From the NCBI GenBank assembly GCA_964106915.2, contig OZ066927.1: a DNA stretch of 64,000 nucleotides; one strand, given 5' to 3'. Below the pieces are notes generated by a model. It made no database searches, was not told where the DNA came from, and was given only the letters and a program-made list of their open reading frames with translations. Shown in pieces: positions 13,201 to 26,509 of the stretch (positions within the stretch are counted from its first letter, which is position 1; the number at the start of each line of letters is the position of its first letter). The position numbers and the translations under genes were made by a program. The DNA is from Podarcis gaigeae. Lineage: Eukaryota.

Positions 13201-15886
13201 GGATCATGTAAGTGCATTGCAGGTGGGGCACCTGGGATTGCTGGATTCCCTCCCATCAGCCTTGGTGACCAGCAGGGCCAATGGATGATGGTGGTGTCAA
13301 TCATGATGATGATCGTGGAGGTTGCAGTCCAGTGACATCCAGGGGTGGAAGGGCATAGATGGAAGCACTGCTGTGCTGCTCTTGCCATGGGACAGGATGG
13401 CAAAGGGTTTGCTTTTGTCTCTTGGCTAGATCAATGACATTGTGAAGATCCAGGCCTTCATCCGTGCCAATAAAGCTCGCGATGACTACAAGACGCTGAG
13501 TGAGTATTGCCAGGAAGGGAGGCTCACGCAGCTAGTCATGTCCTGAAACTGCCCAAGAAGGGACTGTTGTGGCAAGCAGGACGGCCATTTTTCATTGGTT
13601 TCCTACAATCCAGTTGTCGCACAGGGGACATAAGGGGACAAAGCCACTCAGTGGAAGCTTTTTCTCTGTAACTGGCATTGTGAGGTAACCATGGCAATAT
13701 TCGGCCCTGGCTATTTTGGTCATGGAAGTGGGTTTGGCATGTGACCTCGCCAAAGCTTATTAAGAAGTGGATTGCTTCACTTGCCTGTCCTGTTTCTGCT
13801 GAGAGCCTGTCTTGGCTCCTTGGACCTCCCCACTCCCTCCCTCCTCTTCAAAACGGGGCAAAATGGGAGGGGTTTGGGTTCTTTCCTTTCAGTCTGTCTG
13901 CTTCTTATGTACACAAGAAAGAGCGATTCTCTCATGAAAATAAATGAAAGGCCTGCTCCTTTTGTGCCATCAGCATTTGTCACCATTCCTTGGCTGGCGT
14001 CTTTCCCTCCACAGTCAATGCTGAAGACCCCCCGATGGCGGTTGTCCGGAAGTTTGTGCACTTGCTGGATCAGAGCGATCAAGATTTCCAAGAGGAACTG
14101 GACGTGATGAAGCTGCGTGAGGAGGTCGTGACCTTGATCCGCTCCAATCAGCAGCTGGAGAATGACCTCAACCTCATGGACATAAAAATTGGCTTGCTGG
14201 TGAAGAACAAAATCACGCTGCAGGTATAGTCCCCGCTGTCTGGGAGGGGAGCAATCCCCCTTGCCAAGTTCTCCTCAAGCAACAAGGACACAGTTGTGTA
14301 TGGCGGGCTCTGAAGGTTTTCGTTAGTAGTCACTGAAAGTTAGAACTCATAAAGCAACAGTTTCCCTCTCGTCAATAATTTCCCTGCCAGACCAGATCAG
14401 TTATCTGTCAGTTGTCGTATAGCTGATGAGAAAGATGGCCACATCCACATAACGTGACGGTCGGGGGTATCCTGTACTTCTAAATATGGTAGGTTGTGTA
14501 TCAGCAAAGATAAGAGGCCCCCAAAAATTCAAGGGATATCCAAATCCCCCAATTTGACTATTGCCTTATGTAGATTTGGTAAGCATCTTTGTTCTTTTTC
14601 TGTCCCAATATTTCCATTTCAATGATTGATAGATCTACTGATACTGCTCAGCAGGTAAGGAAAACTTGGATTTGAGGGCCAGAAGGGTGCTAGCCAGTAT
14701 TTCCAAGTCTGCCAAAGTCTACTCTTGGATCAAATGTTCATTCTCGTGGCCAACCCCGACATCCCACCTGGAGAGTCAGCGGCAGGAGACGAGGCCAGGG
14801 TCCCAGGGAAAGGATGAGATGCTAAGCACAGGCTCTGAATTCCCCTCTGCCCTTCCCTCCTCGCTGCAGGACGTCGTGTCGCACAGCAAGAAGCTTACCA
14901 AGAAGAATAAGGAGCAGCTCTCGGACATGATGATGTTGAACAAGCAAAGGGGAGGCTTGAAGGCTCTGAGCAAAGAGAAGCGGGAGAAGCTGGAGGCCTA
15001 TCAGCACCTCTTCTACTTGCTGCAGGTGAGGAGAGAGGAGGAGCTGTAGCGGGAGGTGACCCTTTGTCTTCTCTCCTTCTCTTCTCTCCATGAACTGCTC
15101 TCCATGATCCCCTCCTTGTTTCGCTGCAGACTAACCCCACTTACCTGGCTAAGCTGATTTTCCAAATGCCCCAGAACAAATCCACAAAATTCATGGACTC
15201 TGTCATCTTCACGCTGTACAACTACGCCTCCAATCAGCGGGAGGAGTACCTGTTGCTGCGCCTCTTCAAGACTGCGCTGCAGGAGGAGATCAAGTACGTG
15301 GGTCGGGAGCCTTTAACTCTCAGGGGCTGCATGGGGCATAAAGACACCTGTTAGGCTACAGCTGTTCACCACGCTTTGGGCTCTCATTTTTTTAGTAGAG
15401 GTGCAGCTCTTGGTTACCATGGGGAGTCGTGGAGCCCAGACACCTGTCACAGAGGGCAGCTTTCTTTGGGCTTCTGGTTCCTGCTGTCACTTTGGCTCCC
15501 AAGTTGGAAGGCCAGGCATGAGTTTGCCATGTGGTCAGCAGTAAATGCTCACATGTGGTTGTAAGGGGAGGAGCAATGAAGCTATTTAAACTATTAAATT
15601 GAAATACTCAGAAAGAAAAAAAATGCTTTCCCCCTGACTTTGCATTCTCAGTTATAGTGGTGTGGGGGGCCCTTTCACATTGGAATAAGTGCACCACCCT
15701 GAGATTTTGTGATGAAGGGTAGTATATAAATTGGCTATAGATAGACAGACAGAGGTACTTGTGCTTCCCTCTTGGTGGGAGGCTGGCCGGCCATTGACTA
15801 ATAGGAGAGGCAGGGAGGAAACTCCTCCTGGTTGAAGGTTCTGAAACAACCTGCAAACAAAAGCTGGACCTGAAAACCGGAGGATG

Positions 15887-15919
<33 letters not shown>

Positions 15920-17361
15920 GGAATGTATGAAAGAGAAGTATGAAAATTGGAAGGCCACCCTCTGGGCTTGGGTACCAGCATCTTCTGCTGGGAAAGTAAG
16001 CTGGTTTTCATCCACATGTGTTTCCAGCAAGCCTTTCTCGCCTTCTTCCAGATCAAAGGTGGATCAGCTGCAAGAGATTGTGACGGGAAACCCCACAGTG
16101 ATCAAAATGGTGGTGAGCTTCAACCGTGGTGCTCGTGGACAGAACACCTTGAGGCAGATCCTGGCACCGGTTGTGAAGGAGATCATGGAGGACAAATCTC
16201 TCAATATTAAAACTGATCCAGTGGACATCTACAAGTCCTGGGTCAACCAGATGGAGTCGCAGACCGGAGAGGCCAGGTATGAGGGGCTGTTCATGCTCAC
16301 AGGAGGTGCCAAAAAAGGTCTGGACATTTTTCAGGGGAGAGAGAGACACATCCTCATTTGGATTTTCACGTTTTGTGGCGGCTTGTATCTGAAAAGTTCC
16401 TTTTTCCCTTCGAAAGTTTTAAAAATAGATTCCATTCACTGATACATAAGATTAAATGTTTAGACCTGGAGGCCTCACAGTCATGGCCTTAGGAAAGGTC
16501 ATGTAGTCATTCCAGGACACAAAGGTGAGCTGAACCTGGCAAAAGGTTTAGAGCCATTTTTTAAAAACCATGTTCTCAGTAAAGAGCGATATAGAAAGCT
16601 GCTTCATTCATTCCTCCCTTCTGCTTTGGGGGAATTTATCAAGGGTCAGATGGACATAGGAGAGGAATGTCGGCAAAGACCTCAAAACCCAAAGCTCCTG
16701 CTAGACTCCCTATGTCCCCCCCCCCACTCTGGGCTACCTGCCACCCACCGTCCTGTGGGAAGGATGATTGGGACAGAAGACTCCCTTAGAGCCCATACCT
16801 GCGGGCCTTTCTCTCTCCCCACCCCCCACCTCAAATAGGGCTGATCTGTCACCAGGTGCCCCCTGGGCAGGATCCAGATGGCTGTTTATGCACATGTGCT
16901 GTTTGTTGTGTCTGTCCAGCATAAGCTGGAGGGCTAAGAGGGGGATGCAAGCGGCAGCACCCTCCAGCCGACACTTCCCACCACTCACCTGCCTATGGCT
17001 TTCCCTTGACAGTAAGCTGCCTTACGACGTCACTCCGGAGCAAGCCCTGGCCCACGAGGAGGTCAAGACGCGCCTGGATGCCTCCATCAAGAACATGCGG
17101 GCCATCACCGACAAGTTTCTGCTGGCCATCATCGGCTCCCTGGAGAAAATCCCGTGAGTGTCCAAAGCTGCCCCTCGGGCAGATGCAGGCGGAGGAGGGT
17201 CCTTCTAAGCTTCTCTCCGCCTCTTTCCTCATTCCCGGCCTTGTTCTCCCTCTACAGCTACGGCATGCGCTTCATTGCCAAGGTCTTGAAAGATTCACTA
17301 CACGAAAAATTTCCTGACGCCAGTGAGGATGATCTGCTGAAGGTGAGGAAGCAGGGTTTCT

Positions 17362-17410
<49 letters not shown>

Positions 17411-20400
17411 CACTTGCTTCGCGCTCTCTTGGTCAGACCACCTATCAATCACATTTGCAGCTCCAGCGACCTAGGTGAGCATGGTGGTGGGGGCTGCTTT
17501 GAGAGCAGAGGGGGTGGACTCGCTGCTTCTACTGCATCTCTCTCTCTCTCTCTCTATCTCTGCTGGGCTTGTTCCTTCTCTCTAAAGAGCTGCAGCCAGT
17601 GGTCACACTTGGTCTCAGCAGCAGCCTGTGCCACTTTCCTTTTTTTAAAAAAAGAGAGCTTTTCAGGTAGACAAATAAACTTTTTTTCAAAAAATGTTTT
17701 TCAAAAGAGCAAGGATGTCTCTCTGGTGGATGGTCAGTGGCACTCTCTTCTCATACAAGTTTAAAGCCTGAGAGAACTCACGAGGATGGCCTTTCCGTCC
17801 AGTGGGTCTGCCCTGTTTTGGGGACTGTCGTGACCTGTGCCTGGCAGTTTCTCTCAAAGATAAAGAGCCATCTTGTGCCTTCTTCTAAAAAAGAGACCTG
17901 AATGCTGTTGTTTTCTTCTTCTCTTCTAGTTCTGTGCTTTCCCACACTGAAGCATCGAATCTAGGCTTTCTCTGCAGGTGAATTCTTTTTTTAAAGCATG
18001 CCTTTAGGTGGGAAGCAAGCGGAGGAGCTTGCAGCGGCCACAGGGTAGCAGCAAAAAGTCAGGATGGAAGTGCACAATTCAGGGTGGGGGAAGCTGCTAG
18101 AGCAGCCAATGAGCTGAAACCATTCAACTTTTTCATTAAAGTGGCCTGTGAACTCCTGGCTTCTCCGTATCTCTGGGGAAAGAGCTGGGAGCCCTTAGCC
18201 CATGGATCACTGCCCATTCCCCATAGTCCAGCAGCGAAAACTTCCTAGCCTGTGGCTTTCTTTGACTACTGCCTTTTGAGGCTGTTGGGGAGGCAAGATT
18301 ATAGCTCCAAGGCACTTCCGTGGGAGCCAACCCTCCCTCCCTTTCTTTCCTGGCGAGTCTCCAACCAGACAAATGGCACCTGCTTAATGTAGCCACCCAG
18401 TGGAGCTGAGAAATGATCTGCCCCGGGGCGTCTGTGCTGGATGTTCCGTTTGCCAAGTCCTTGCCTTGTTTCTGGCTCTTCCTGGCTTCTTCCGCATCTC
18501 AGCTGCATTTCCCAATGTGGCTAATTCTCTTCCAAAGTGAGGAAAACAGCAGCTGCCTGCCTGCCTGCTCCCAAATGCCTGCGGCTTCCTTTCCTTTCTA
18601 AAGCCCTATTGCCTCCCCTCTGCCTCTTTGTGCAACTGAGCAGGTTGGCGGTGGGGGACAGAATTGGTGAAAGTGGCTTCCTCCAGACAAGGTGAGGTCA
18701 CAAAGGACTCTTTCCCTAGATTGTAGGCAACCTTCTGTACTATCGCTACATGAACCCGGCCATTGTGGCTCCAGATGCCTTTGACATCATTGATCTGTCA
18801 GCTGGAGGACAGTTGACGACAGACCAACGGCGAAACCTCGGCTCCATTGCAAAAATGTTGCAGCATGCAGCATCCAATAAGATGTTCCTGGGGGACAATG
18901 CACACCTGGGCATCATCAACGAGTACCTTTCTCAGTCCTACCAGAAATTCAGGTAAAGTAGAGTGACAATGACTTTCAGCAAGGAATGACGGGGCCAATG
19001 ACAGTGAATTATTCAGAACAGATAGGAAGGAGGAGATCTGTTTCTCTGGTGGGGGGGCACATTTGCTTGTAAAGTCCCACAAGAAGTTGCCTGCTTCTGA
19101 CATGGCACAGACATGGCTGACTGGCGTAAATTCACAGTCCAACCTTGCTTGGGAATTTCTCCTGAAATACACCCTTGTATTTAGGTAGCCACAACACCAG
19201 ATTCCCCAAAAGTTCTGTCACCTGGGGAAGTAAGGTTCCTTTCTGAGAATTGGGCACGCAGAAATATTTTTAGCAGGGGAGACTCACTTGAGAACAAGTT
19301 TGGTTTTATCTTTTCTTTCACCAAATAGGGTGGGTGAGTGTGCTTCGTGGTCAAACTTAAAAGCCAAGGTTGTTGTGACTCCAGTGTGTTGCATTCCAGT
19401 TTTAAAGGATGCTGCTTGGGACTGCTCACCATAGTGACTTATGTGAAGTGTTATAATCGCCCCAGATGAGAATCTCCTGGTGGAGGACAAATATGGTGCT
19501 TGTGAAGACCTATTTGGCCAAAATGGGGCAGAAAAGCATTACCAGCTGGGTTGGGGGTGGCAGGGGTGGGACTTTCCAGATTAGGTTAACTCTCTTTTGC
19601 CTTTCTGAAGGCGTTTTTTCCAGGCTGCTTGTGAAGTCCCAGAGCTGCAAGAGAAGTTCAATGTTGATGAATATTCAGACTTGGTGACCCTCACGAAGCC
19701 AGTGATCTACATTTCCATTGGAGAAATAATAAACACACACACTGTAAGATTCTTTTGCATCTAGGACCGTCATGGTGTAGACTTTATTCTCTTGGTATAA
19801 ATAAAAAAAGTTTTTCTGAAGAATACCAGAAACTAGACAGAAACATCACAAACACAAATTATTATTATTCATCCTGTACTGTAGTGGTTCTCAACCTTCC
19901 TAATGCCACGACCCTTTAATACAGTTCCTCATGTTGTGGTGACCCCCAACCATAAAATTGTTTTTGTTGCTACTCCATAACTCTAATTTTGCTACTGTTA
20001 TGAATTGTGATGTAAATATCTGATATGCAGGATGTATTTTCATTGTTACAAATTGAACATAATTAAAGCATAGTGATTAATCACAAAAACAATATATAAT
20101 TATATATTGTCAAATATTTATTTCTAATTACAAATAAATGAAATTTTGTCTTGAAGCATGGTGTAGCATGGGTAACCTGGTCTTAGGCAACCCCTGTGAA
20201 AGGGTTGTTCGACCCTCAAAGGGGTCGCGACCCACAGGTTGAGAACCGCTGCTGTATTGTGTTTTAACTATTTCTTGTTGGGAACTGCCCAGAGTGTCTG
20301 GGGCAACCCAGTCAAATGGGCGGCATATAAATAATAAATTGTTATAATATCATTATTATTATTATCAGCCCACTGCCTAATCTTTGTTACTCACAAACTA

Positions 20401-23400
20401 GCTGCTTTTGGACCATCAAGATGCCATCGCTCCTGAGCACAATGACCCTATTCATGAGCTTCTGGATGACCTGGGGGAGGTGTCCACCATTGAATCTCTG
20501 ATAGGTGAGCTTTTTTTCTGATTTAGTAATGAGAAACATAGCTCAGGTGTATGGATTGAGTGCTAAAACACTAGCCACAAACAATCCAGAAGCAGGGCTA
20601 ATATGTCTCTCCTCCAGCCTTACTCCTGCCTGCATATTGAGGCCTCTGTAGCCAAAGCTATGCAGACACATGTCAACATTGCTGTTCCTAAGGTGATTAA
20701 ATAGTGTCCTCCAGGTAAGAGAGACAGCCGGCACCCAGGAACACACACATTTAAAATCACTTACTTAAAAAATGAGTTTTCATAGGGGAAGAGACCAAAT
20801 GAGTGAAGCAAACAACCACACTCTCTTCCTGTGCTCTGCTTTTCTCCCAGGAGAGGGATCTGGCAGCGTGAATGACCCAGCCAGTAAAGAGATGTTGGCC
20901 AAGACAGAAGTTTCACTCACACTGACTAACAAATTTGATGTTCCTGGGGATGAAAACGCAGAGATGGATGCCAAGACAATTCTGCTGAAGTAAGTAGGGG
21001 CCATGACAGCCCCTGAACCTTTCTCACTTTCACATCCAAGGCACTTGGGGTTGTCCCATTTCACCAAAGCATTTGCCCAGGCTTCAAGAAAAGGCTGACT
21101 GGCTGGAGGGAGCCAAAGGCTTATCAGTGAGCTTCATGGCTTAGTGGAGATTCTGAGCCTGCATCTCTCCACTCTGAATCCCCTACACAGTTCTCTAGGT
21201 AAAACACAAAAGATGGCAACATCCAAAAATAACAGAAGTATTCAGGGAAGTGAAATGACTAAAAATGTGTCTTGCTCTCAGTATGTTGGGTTCCACCATT
21301 TGATGATCATGTATCAAAGAGGAGGCAGAGGGAGGGAGAGCCCTCAAAAGGATGGCAAAGTTGTCCCAAGGTTCTGATCATCCACCACAGATTTGGTGGT
21401 GTACACGCCATTTGAGGTGTACAGAAGTCCGCATCTCTTTGTACATGTTTGCTACATGTTGATACGTAGCAACTGCTGCAATATTCAGCAGCACACTGGA
21501 CTTTTATTAAGGATTACTTGAAATTCCTGTGTCCACAAAATTCCTGTGTTCAGAAACTAGGGGTGTAGTGAGAGATAGTGTTGCCATCATGCTCAGTGTG
21601 TGAACTCCCAGGAGGAAATTGATTGACAGCTTTCTGAATAAGGAATGCAAACTTTTGATGCAATCCAGAATAATTCATACACATACTTACTAAATATCAG
21701 GGCTGCTGGGGTACATTCCTCATTCCTGATGTGTCAGTTCAGACTTCTTGTTTTCTTTGCCCAGTTCTCCTTGGAAAGATCCCTTTCTCAAGGGACTCTT
21801 TATCCAGGCAGGCTGCTGGAGAGCTTAGAATCTTATGAACAGACTTCTGAGGCCCGTGGTGAAGACAGCAGGCAGGACTTGCAGCTAGTGGCAGGGCTAA
21901 CCCACTTGTAATTCTCCTTAATGCTGAGGAACCCTAGATTAGGCAACTTGCTTCCCTTAGTCAATCATAAGGAACCAGTGGGACTGTACTGGAGAAGGCA
22001 CTCCTTCAAGTCACCTGGTCCCAAGCTGTTTCAGTGGTTTTGGACATCATAACCAGAACCTTAAACCCAGCCCAGGGGCTAATTGGCAGCCAGTGCAACT
22101 CCTTCAGGAGACATGAAATAAGCATTCCATGTGGCATCCCAGTGAGTGGTGTGGGCCTCCTTTTGCAGTAGCTACAACCCCTGCACAAGCCTTGCTTGGA
22201 GTGCATTACAGTAACCCAGCCTTCAGGTTCACAGTTCATAAATCAGAGTGGCAAGGCTATGTGTAAGAACATCTGCAGCTTTCTGTGCTACTGAGATGTG
22301 AGTTGTCAAGGGTGGGTGTTTCTGTGATTTCCTTCCTCTTTTGAGTATCTCCCTGACGGTGCCAGAAGAGACAACAGGCACTTGCTCAGTGATGGCACGT
22401 TGATTCTTCCTTTCCTTTTGCTTTTCAGCACAAAGCGCTTAATTGTGGATGTGATCCGCTTCCAGCCAGGAGAGACACTGACTGAGATCCTGGAAACTCC
22501 AGCCAGTGCTGAACAGGTAATGGGGAGGAGGTGTAGTCATGTTGGAGCAGACGCCAAAGTCTTCCTGTCTCCAAGAGTGTGTCGCAGGCCAGGGGGAACG
22601 GCAGTCTGTGACTGACTGTCCAAAGAAGAGAAGGGCTCAAGCAAGTGGCCTCTGGTTGTGTATGTTGGGGGGGCAGGAATGTGTGTACCAGGACAGACCA
22701 GTTGCAACAGCCTTTCTGACACCCCAATCCCCACCCAGGAAGCCGAACACCAGAGAGCCATGCAGAGGCGAGCCATTCGGGATGCCAAAACTCCTGACAA
22801 GATGAAGAAATCCAAAGCGGTCAAGGAGGACAGCAACCTGAGCCTTCAAGAAAAGAAGGAAAAGATAAAATCGGCCCTGAAGAAGCTGACTGAACTGGGG
22901 ACAGTGAACCCCAAGAACAGATACCAGGATCTGATCAACGATGTGGCCAAGGTAGGCGGCATCCAGGGAAACTGAGCTAACAGCCAGTGGGCTTGTGCTG
23001 GCAGGTGCATATAAAGGCAACCGGGGATGGGGGTGGCTACTCAATGGACATGTGCACACACACTTGGAATGTCTTGGGTGGGGATGAGTTAGAAGGTAAG
23101 CCTGTTTCCCCCCTCTCCCCTCCAAACTCTAGGACATTCGAAATCAGCGGCGCTATCGCCAAAGGAGAAAAGCAGAGCTGGTGAAGTTGCAGCAGACCCA
23201 CAACGCCCTCACCTCCAAGGCGACTTTTTACGAGGAGCAGGTGGATTACTACAAGAGCTATATCAAAACGTGCCTGGATAACTTGGCCAGCAAGGGCAAG
23301 TGAGTGGCAGCCCCTGGAGGCATGGGGTTGGGTGGGTGTACCCTGGGTCCTTGGGAAACCTCTTGACATGAAAACAAAAAAATGGAGAGGGGGGATTGCC

Positions 23401-26400
23401 AGGTGATGAGAGAAGGAAAATGGTGACTTGACAAAGAGCGTAAGAGCAAGGAGGGTTAGCTCTCAAAGAGCTGCTTGCAGGAAGAGCAGGAGTCAGAGGG
23501 AGTTATTTCCACCCCCCAGGTGGGGAGGGAGAGGCAAAAACCCAGTGCCTTGGGTCAAGTCTTTGTCAGCCTCAATGCTTGTCAAGTCAGACCTCAAATC
23601 CTACAAATGGGAGAATGCCTCTCAGTGAGGTGCCCGTCCTTCTTTTCCTCAGGGTTTCCAAAAAACCACGGGAGATGAAGGGAAAGAAGAGCAAAAAGAT
23701 CTCCCTGAAATACACGGCAGCCCGGCTCCATGAAAAGGGAGTCCTGTTGGAAATTGAAGATCTGCAAGCCAGCCAGTGAGTATGTCATTTATCACAGCAG
23801 CATGCACAGAGGCAAGTCTCACCCAGTCAGCAGCATTCCGGGATAAAATTGGGAAGGAACATTTTCATGGATTAGGGGGTTTGTGTGTAACTATTTGCTA
23901 GGAGTGTGCATCAGATTTAGACTAATTCTGAGGCCAAGTAGGGCTCCCAAGAAGGACCTTTGGCTTGTCAGAGGCAAAGTGGGAGCTGTAGAAGACCTCT
24001 GAAGCACTTCATGGTACTTCTGTGGACTAGACATCAAAAACAGTGCTTGCTTGCAAGGGTCTTATAAAACTGAAAGTAATCTCTAAGCTCCCCAGACATG
24101 GCAATGCCAGAATGGAATGATGGGGTAAGGGAGAGGAAGGAAACAGTCCGTTATGACTGACAGGTTAGTAAGGGACTCATTTTACCTAGAAATACAATTG
24201 CTTTCAGTTCTTCCAGTCTGAAATTCACACTGAAGCTCTCTAGTGCAAGTACTTAATTCCTATCCAATAACCCTTTATTCTTCAATTCAACTCCCAATGG
24301 CACATTAAAACAATAAGCATATTTTTTTGTCCTCAAACTGTATAGATTCAAAAATGTGATATTTGAAATTAGCCCAACGGAAGAAGTCGGAGACTTTGAG
24401 GTAAAAGCAAAGTTCATGGGTGTACAGATGGAGACGTTCATTCTACATTATCAGGTATGGATCTTGATGTTGTCTGTACAGTCCACCCTTATACTGACTT
24501 TGCATCAGGGGATTTTGTTCAGGGTCTCCAAACTGTTATGGGGAAGGAGAGGATGATATTAGATATTTAACAATAAATCATGATGACCTATTCTCCTAGA
24601 CTACATTCCAGGTTTATCTAAATTACTGTATTTTTCGCTCTATAAGACGCACCAGACCATAAGACGCACCTAGTTTTTGGAGGAGGAAAACAAGAAAAAA
24701 AATATTCTGAATCCCAGAAGCCAGAACAGCAAGAGGGATCGCTGCGCAGTGAAAGCCGTGATCCCTCTTTCTGTTCTGGCTTCTGGGATAGCTGCACAGC
24801 CTGCATTCATTCCATAAGATGCACACACATTTCCCCTTACTTTTTAGGAGGGAAAAAGTGAGTCTTATAGAGCAAAAAATACGGTAGATTAAGGAGCACA
24901 CTTCTTCAAAGGAAGCAGAAAGTGAAAGCTGGGGAACTAACTGAACAAAATGTTAGCCTATCTTCTCCAGAATAAATCAGGCAGAGAATGGCTGTGCTTG
25001 TGTGTTTTGACTCCGAGGGGAGGGATCCAGTGGGCCCTAGGTGATGCTTGAGTTGGATTGTATAATAATAATAATATCCAGCTGCAGACCATAATGAAAA
25101 GTATATTTATCAAAGACAGATGTTTTTTAATGTGCTAGCAGTTTTACATAAATAGATGGATTTAAAAAATGACTCTCCACTCCCCCCGCCCCGGGAGGGT
25201 GGTGGTGGGGAGGTTTGTTGCCTGTTTGCACCAGATGATGTAGCAGCTTTGTGGCTGCTTCAGTTTTCTGAAAAAATGCCTTTTCACACACACCCACACA
25301 CCCGATGCAGGTGGACATTGCAAAACGGTTTGAGAATAGGCTTCTCCTTGATCAGGAGATGGTGTCTTCCAGACTTGTTCCTGGAGGGCACAGAGGCCTC
25401 CTTCCCACCCTCCAGGCCTGACATGCCCAGTGCCTGAGCTATAGCATATATTTTTTTTAATAGTTCATTCCTCCTCTTTTTCCCTCTTGGCCTAATTAGT
25501 GAGCAAGGAGATCTCCAGCAGTGATTCTAAGGAATAGTCCTATTATCAATTATTGATCCTAGATTGCAGTAAGAGTTTAGTTATTATTTTCATCTTTTTT
25601 GCCCAATTTGGTTCTTAGAGCTTTTTTAATGTGCTGAAATAATCTTAGGGGAGCATATGGGGGGGCGGGGAGCAAAGTGGATGGTGCAAATGCATATAAC
25701 TTGCATAGGAAAAATAACTCCTAAAGCTTAATCTATTCACCGCCAATTTATTCTCTATTTAGCCTGCTATCAGAAAGTATGCAAGCATCAAGCAGCTGGG
25801 GTATAATTGCTGGGCATAACATGGCTTGCTGTTCTCTTTCCATCGGCTGTCAAATGCAACATTCACAGTCCTTCCTGTGTGCTCCATCCTCATTTCTTGG
25901 AAATGAGTTGAAGAGTCAGTGCAGAGGCATTTCCAGAATAATTTATTTCAGCAAAATGGCATGTGTACATTCTTACATGGGAAAACCATTTTTTTTTCTT
26001 ATTTGGCAGCATTAGAGAAAAATGTGCACTTAAATTACTGAAAACAAAATTAGAATGTCCAACAGGGATGGCATCCATGCTTTTACCAGTGAGGAAATCA
26101 GTTTTGGAGAAGTATCAATGCATGGAATAGGGTTCCTTCCCACCGTGTGCAAAACAGAGAACCCTTCACTATAGCAGCTTGATAGCTTCCGCTGAGCATC
26201 ACAAAAAAATGATGGCATGTGTTACTTGAGAAATGACTGCTGGGTATGATTTGCCCATCTCAGAGGTGCAAACTGGGCAAGATGTATGAACGCTACAGGC
26301 CAAGCCTCTGTACGCTGACCAGGTGTGTCCTAGGAGCCGCAGCTGAGAATTTATTCTCTCTCTTTCTCTCCCCGCCCCTCCTCTGGCTCCCACAGGATCT

Positions 26401-26509
26401 GTTGCAGCTCCAGTATGAAGGTGTGGCTGTCATGAAGTTGTTTGACCGAGCAAAAGTGAATGTCAATCTCCTCATTTTTCTCCTAAACAAGAAGTTCTAT
26501 GGGAAGTAA
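378..26509 (+). CDS. IQGAP1: Ras GTPase-activating-like protein IQGAP1, 5'-partial (exons 6-38; end of CH domain, IR repeats, WW, IQ1-4, GRD, RGCT)
   Basis: Spliced translation matches IQGAP1 from LYLFKLGLAPQIQDLYGKVDFT to LLIFLLNKKFYGK*. Exons (all GT-AG, frame-consistent): 378-445, 828-941, 1279-1457, 2607-2697, 3124-3287, 3721-3805, 4576-4739, 5520-5680, 6194-6318, 7491-7654, 8459-8549, 8961-9128, 9466-9611 (WW), 10970-11140, 11962-12045, 13136-13207, 13430-13499 (IQ motifs), 14015-14223, 14870-15025, 15130-15293, 16052-16276, 17013-17153, 17258-17342, 18720-18952 (YYRYMNPAIVAPD), 19611-19743, 20402-20504, 20851-20989, 22429-22516, 22739-22951, 23133-23299, 23653-23775, 24346-24454, 26396-26509 (TAA). 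Confidence 0.98.
8576..8601 (+). repeat. Poly-G tract (G15 TT G9)
   Basis: Seen directly, ~27 nt downstream of the IQGAP1 exon 16 donor. Confidence 0.9.
10213..10249. repeat. (TAA)n microsatellite
   Basis: About 12 perfect units. Confidence 0.95.
10337..10688 (+). mobile_element. Sauria SINE, full length
   Basis: tRNA-like head (TGGCGCTGTGG-like A box, GGTTCGAATCC B box), body GCCAACCTAGCAGTTCGAAAGCAC...GTAGATAAATAGGTACC, (ACCTTT)n tail. 15-bp TSD TAGTACCCCTACACA at 10322-10336 and 10689-10703. Confidence 0.93.
15887..15919. repeat. (ACA)n microsatellite
   Basis: About 11 perfect units. Confidence 0.95.
17365..17408. repeat. (AC)n microsatellite
   Basis: About 22 units, starting ~22 nt into IQGAP1 intron 28. 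Confidence 0.95.
19882..20251 (-). mobile_element. SPIN/URR1-like non-autonomous hAT DNA transposon
   Basis: TIRs (C/T)AG(T/C)GGTTCTCAACCT. Internal GACCCTTTAATACAGTTCCTCATGTTGTGGTGACCCCCAACCATAAAATT recognised from SPIN/URR1. 8-bp TSD CTGTACTG / CTGTATTG. Confidence 0.9.
20260..20365 (+). mobile_element. L2-like LINE 3' tail
   Basis: CTGCCCAGAGTGTCTGGGGCAACCCAGTCAAATGGGCGGCATATAAATAATAAAT followed by (ATT)n. Confidence 0.55.
24626..24884. mobile_element. Tc1/mariner-superfamily (Tc2-like) MITE
   Basis: TIRs C(T/C)GTATTTTT(C/T)GCTCTATAAGAC, TA on both sides, internal 30-bp inverted repeat. Confidence 0.85.
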
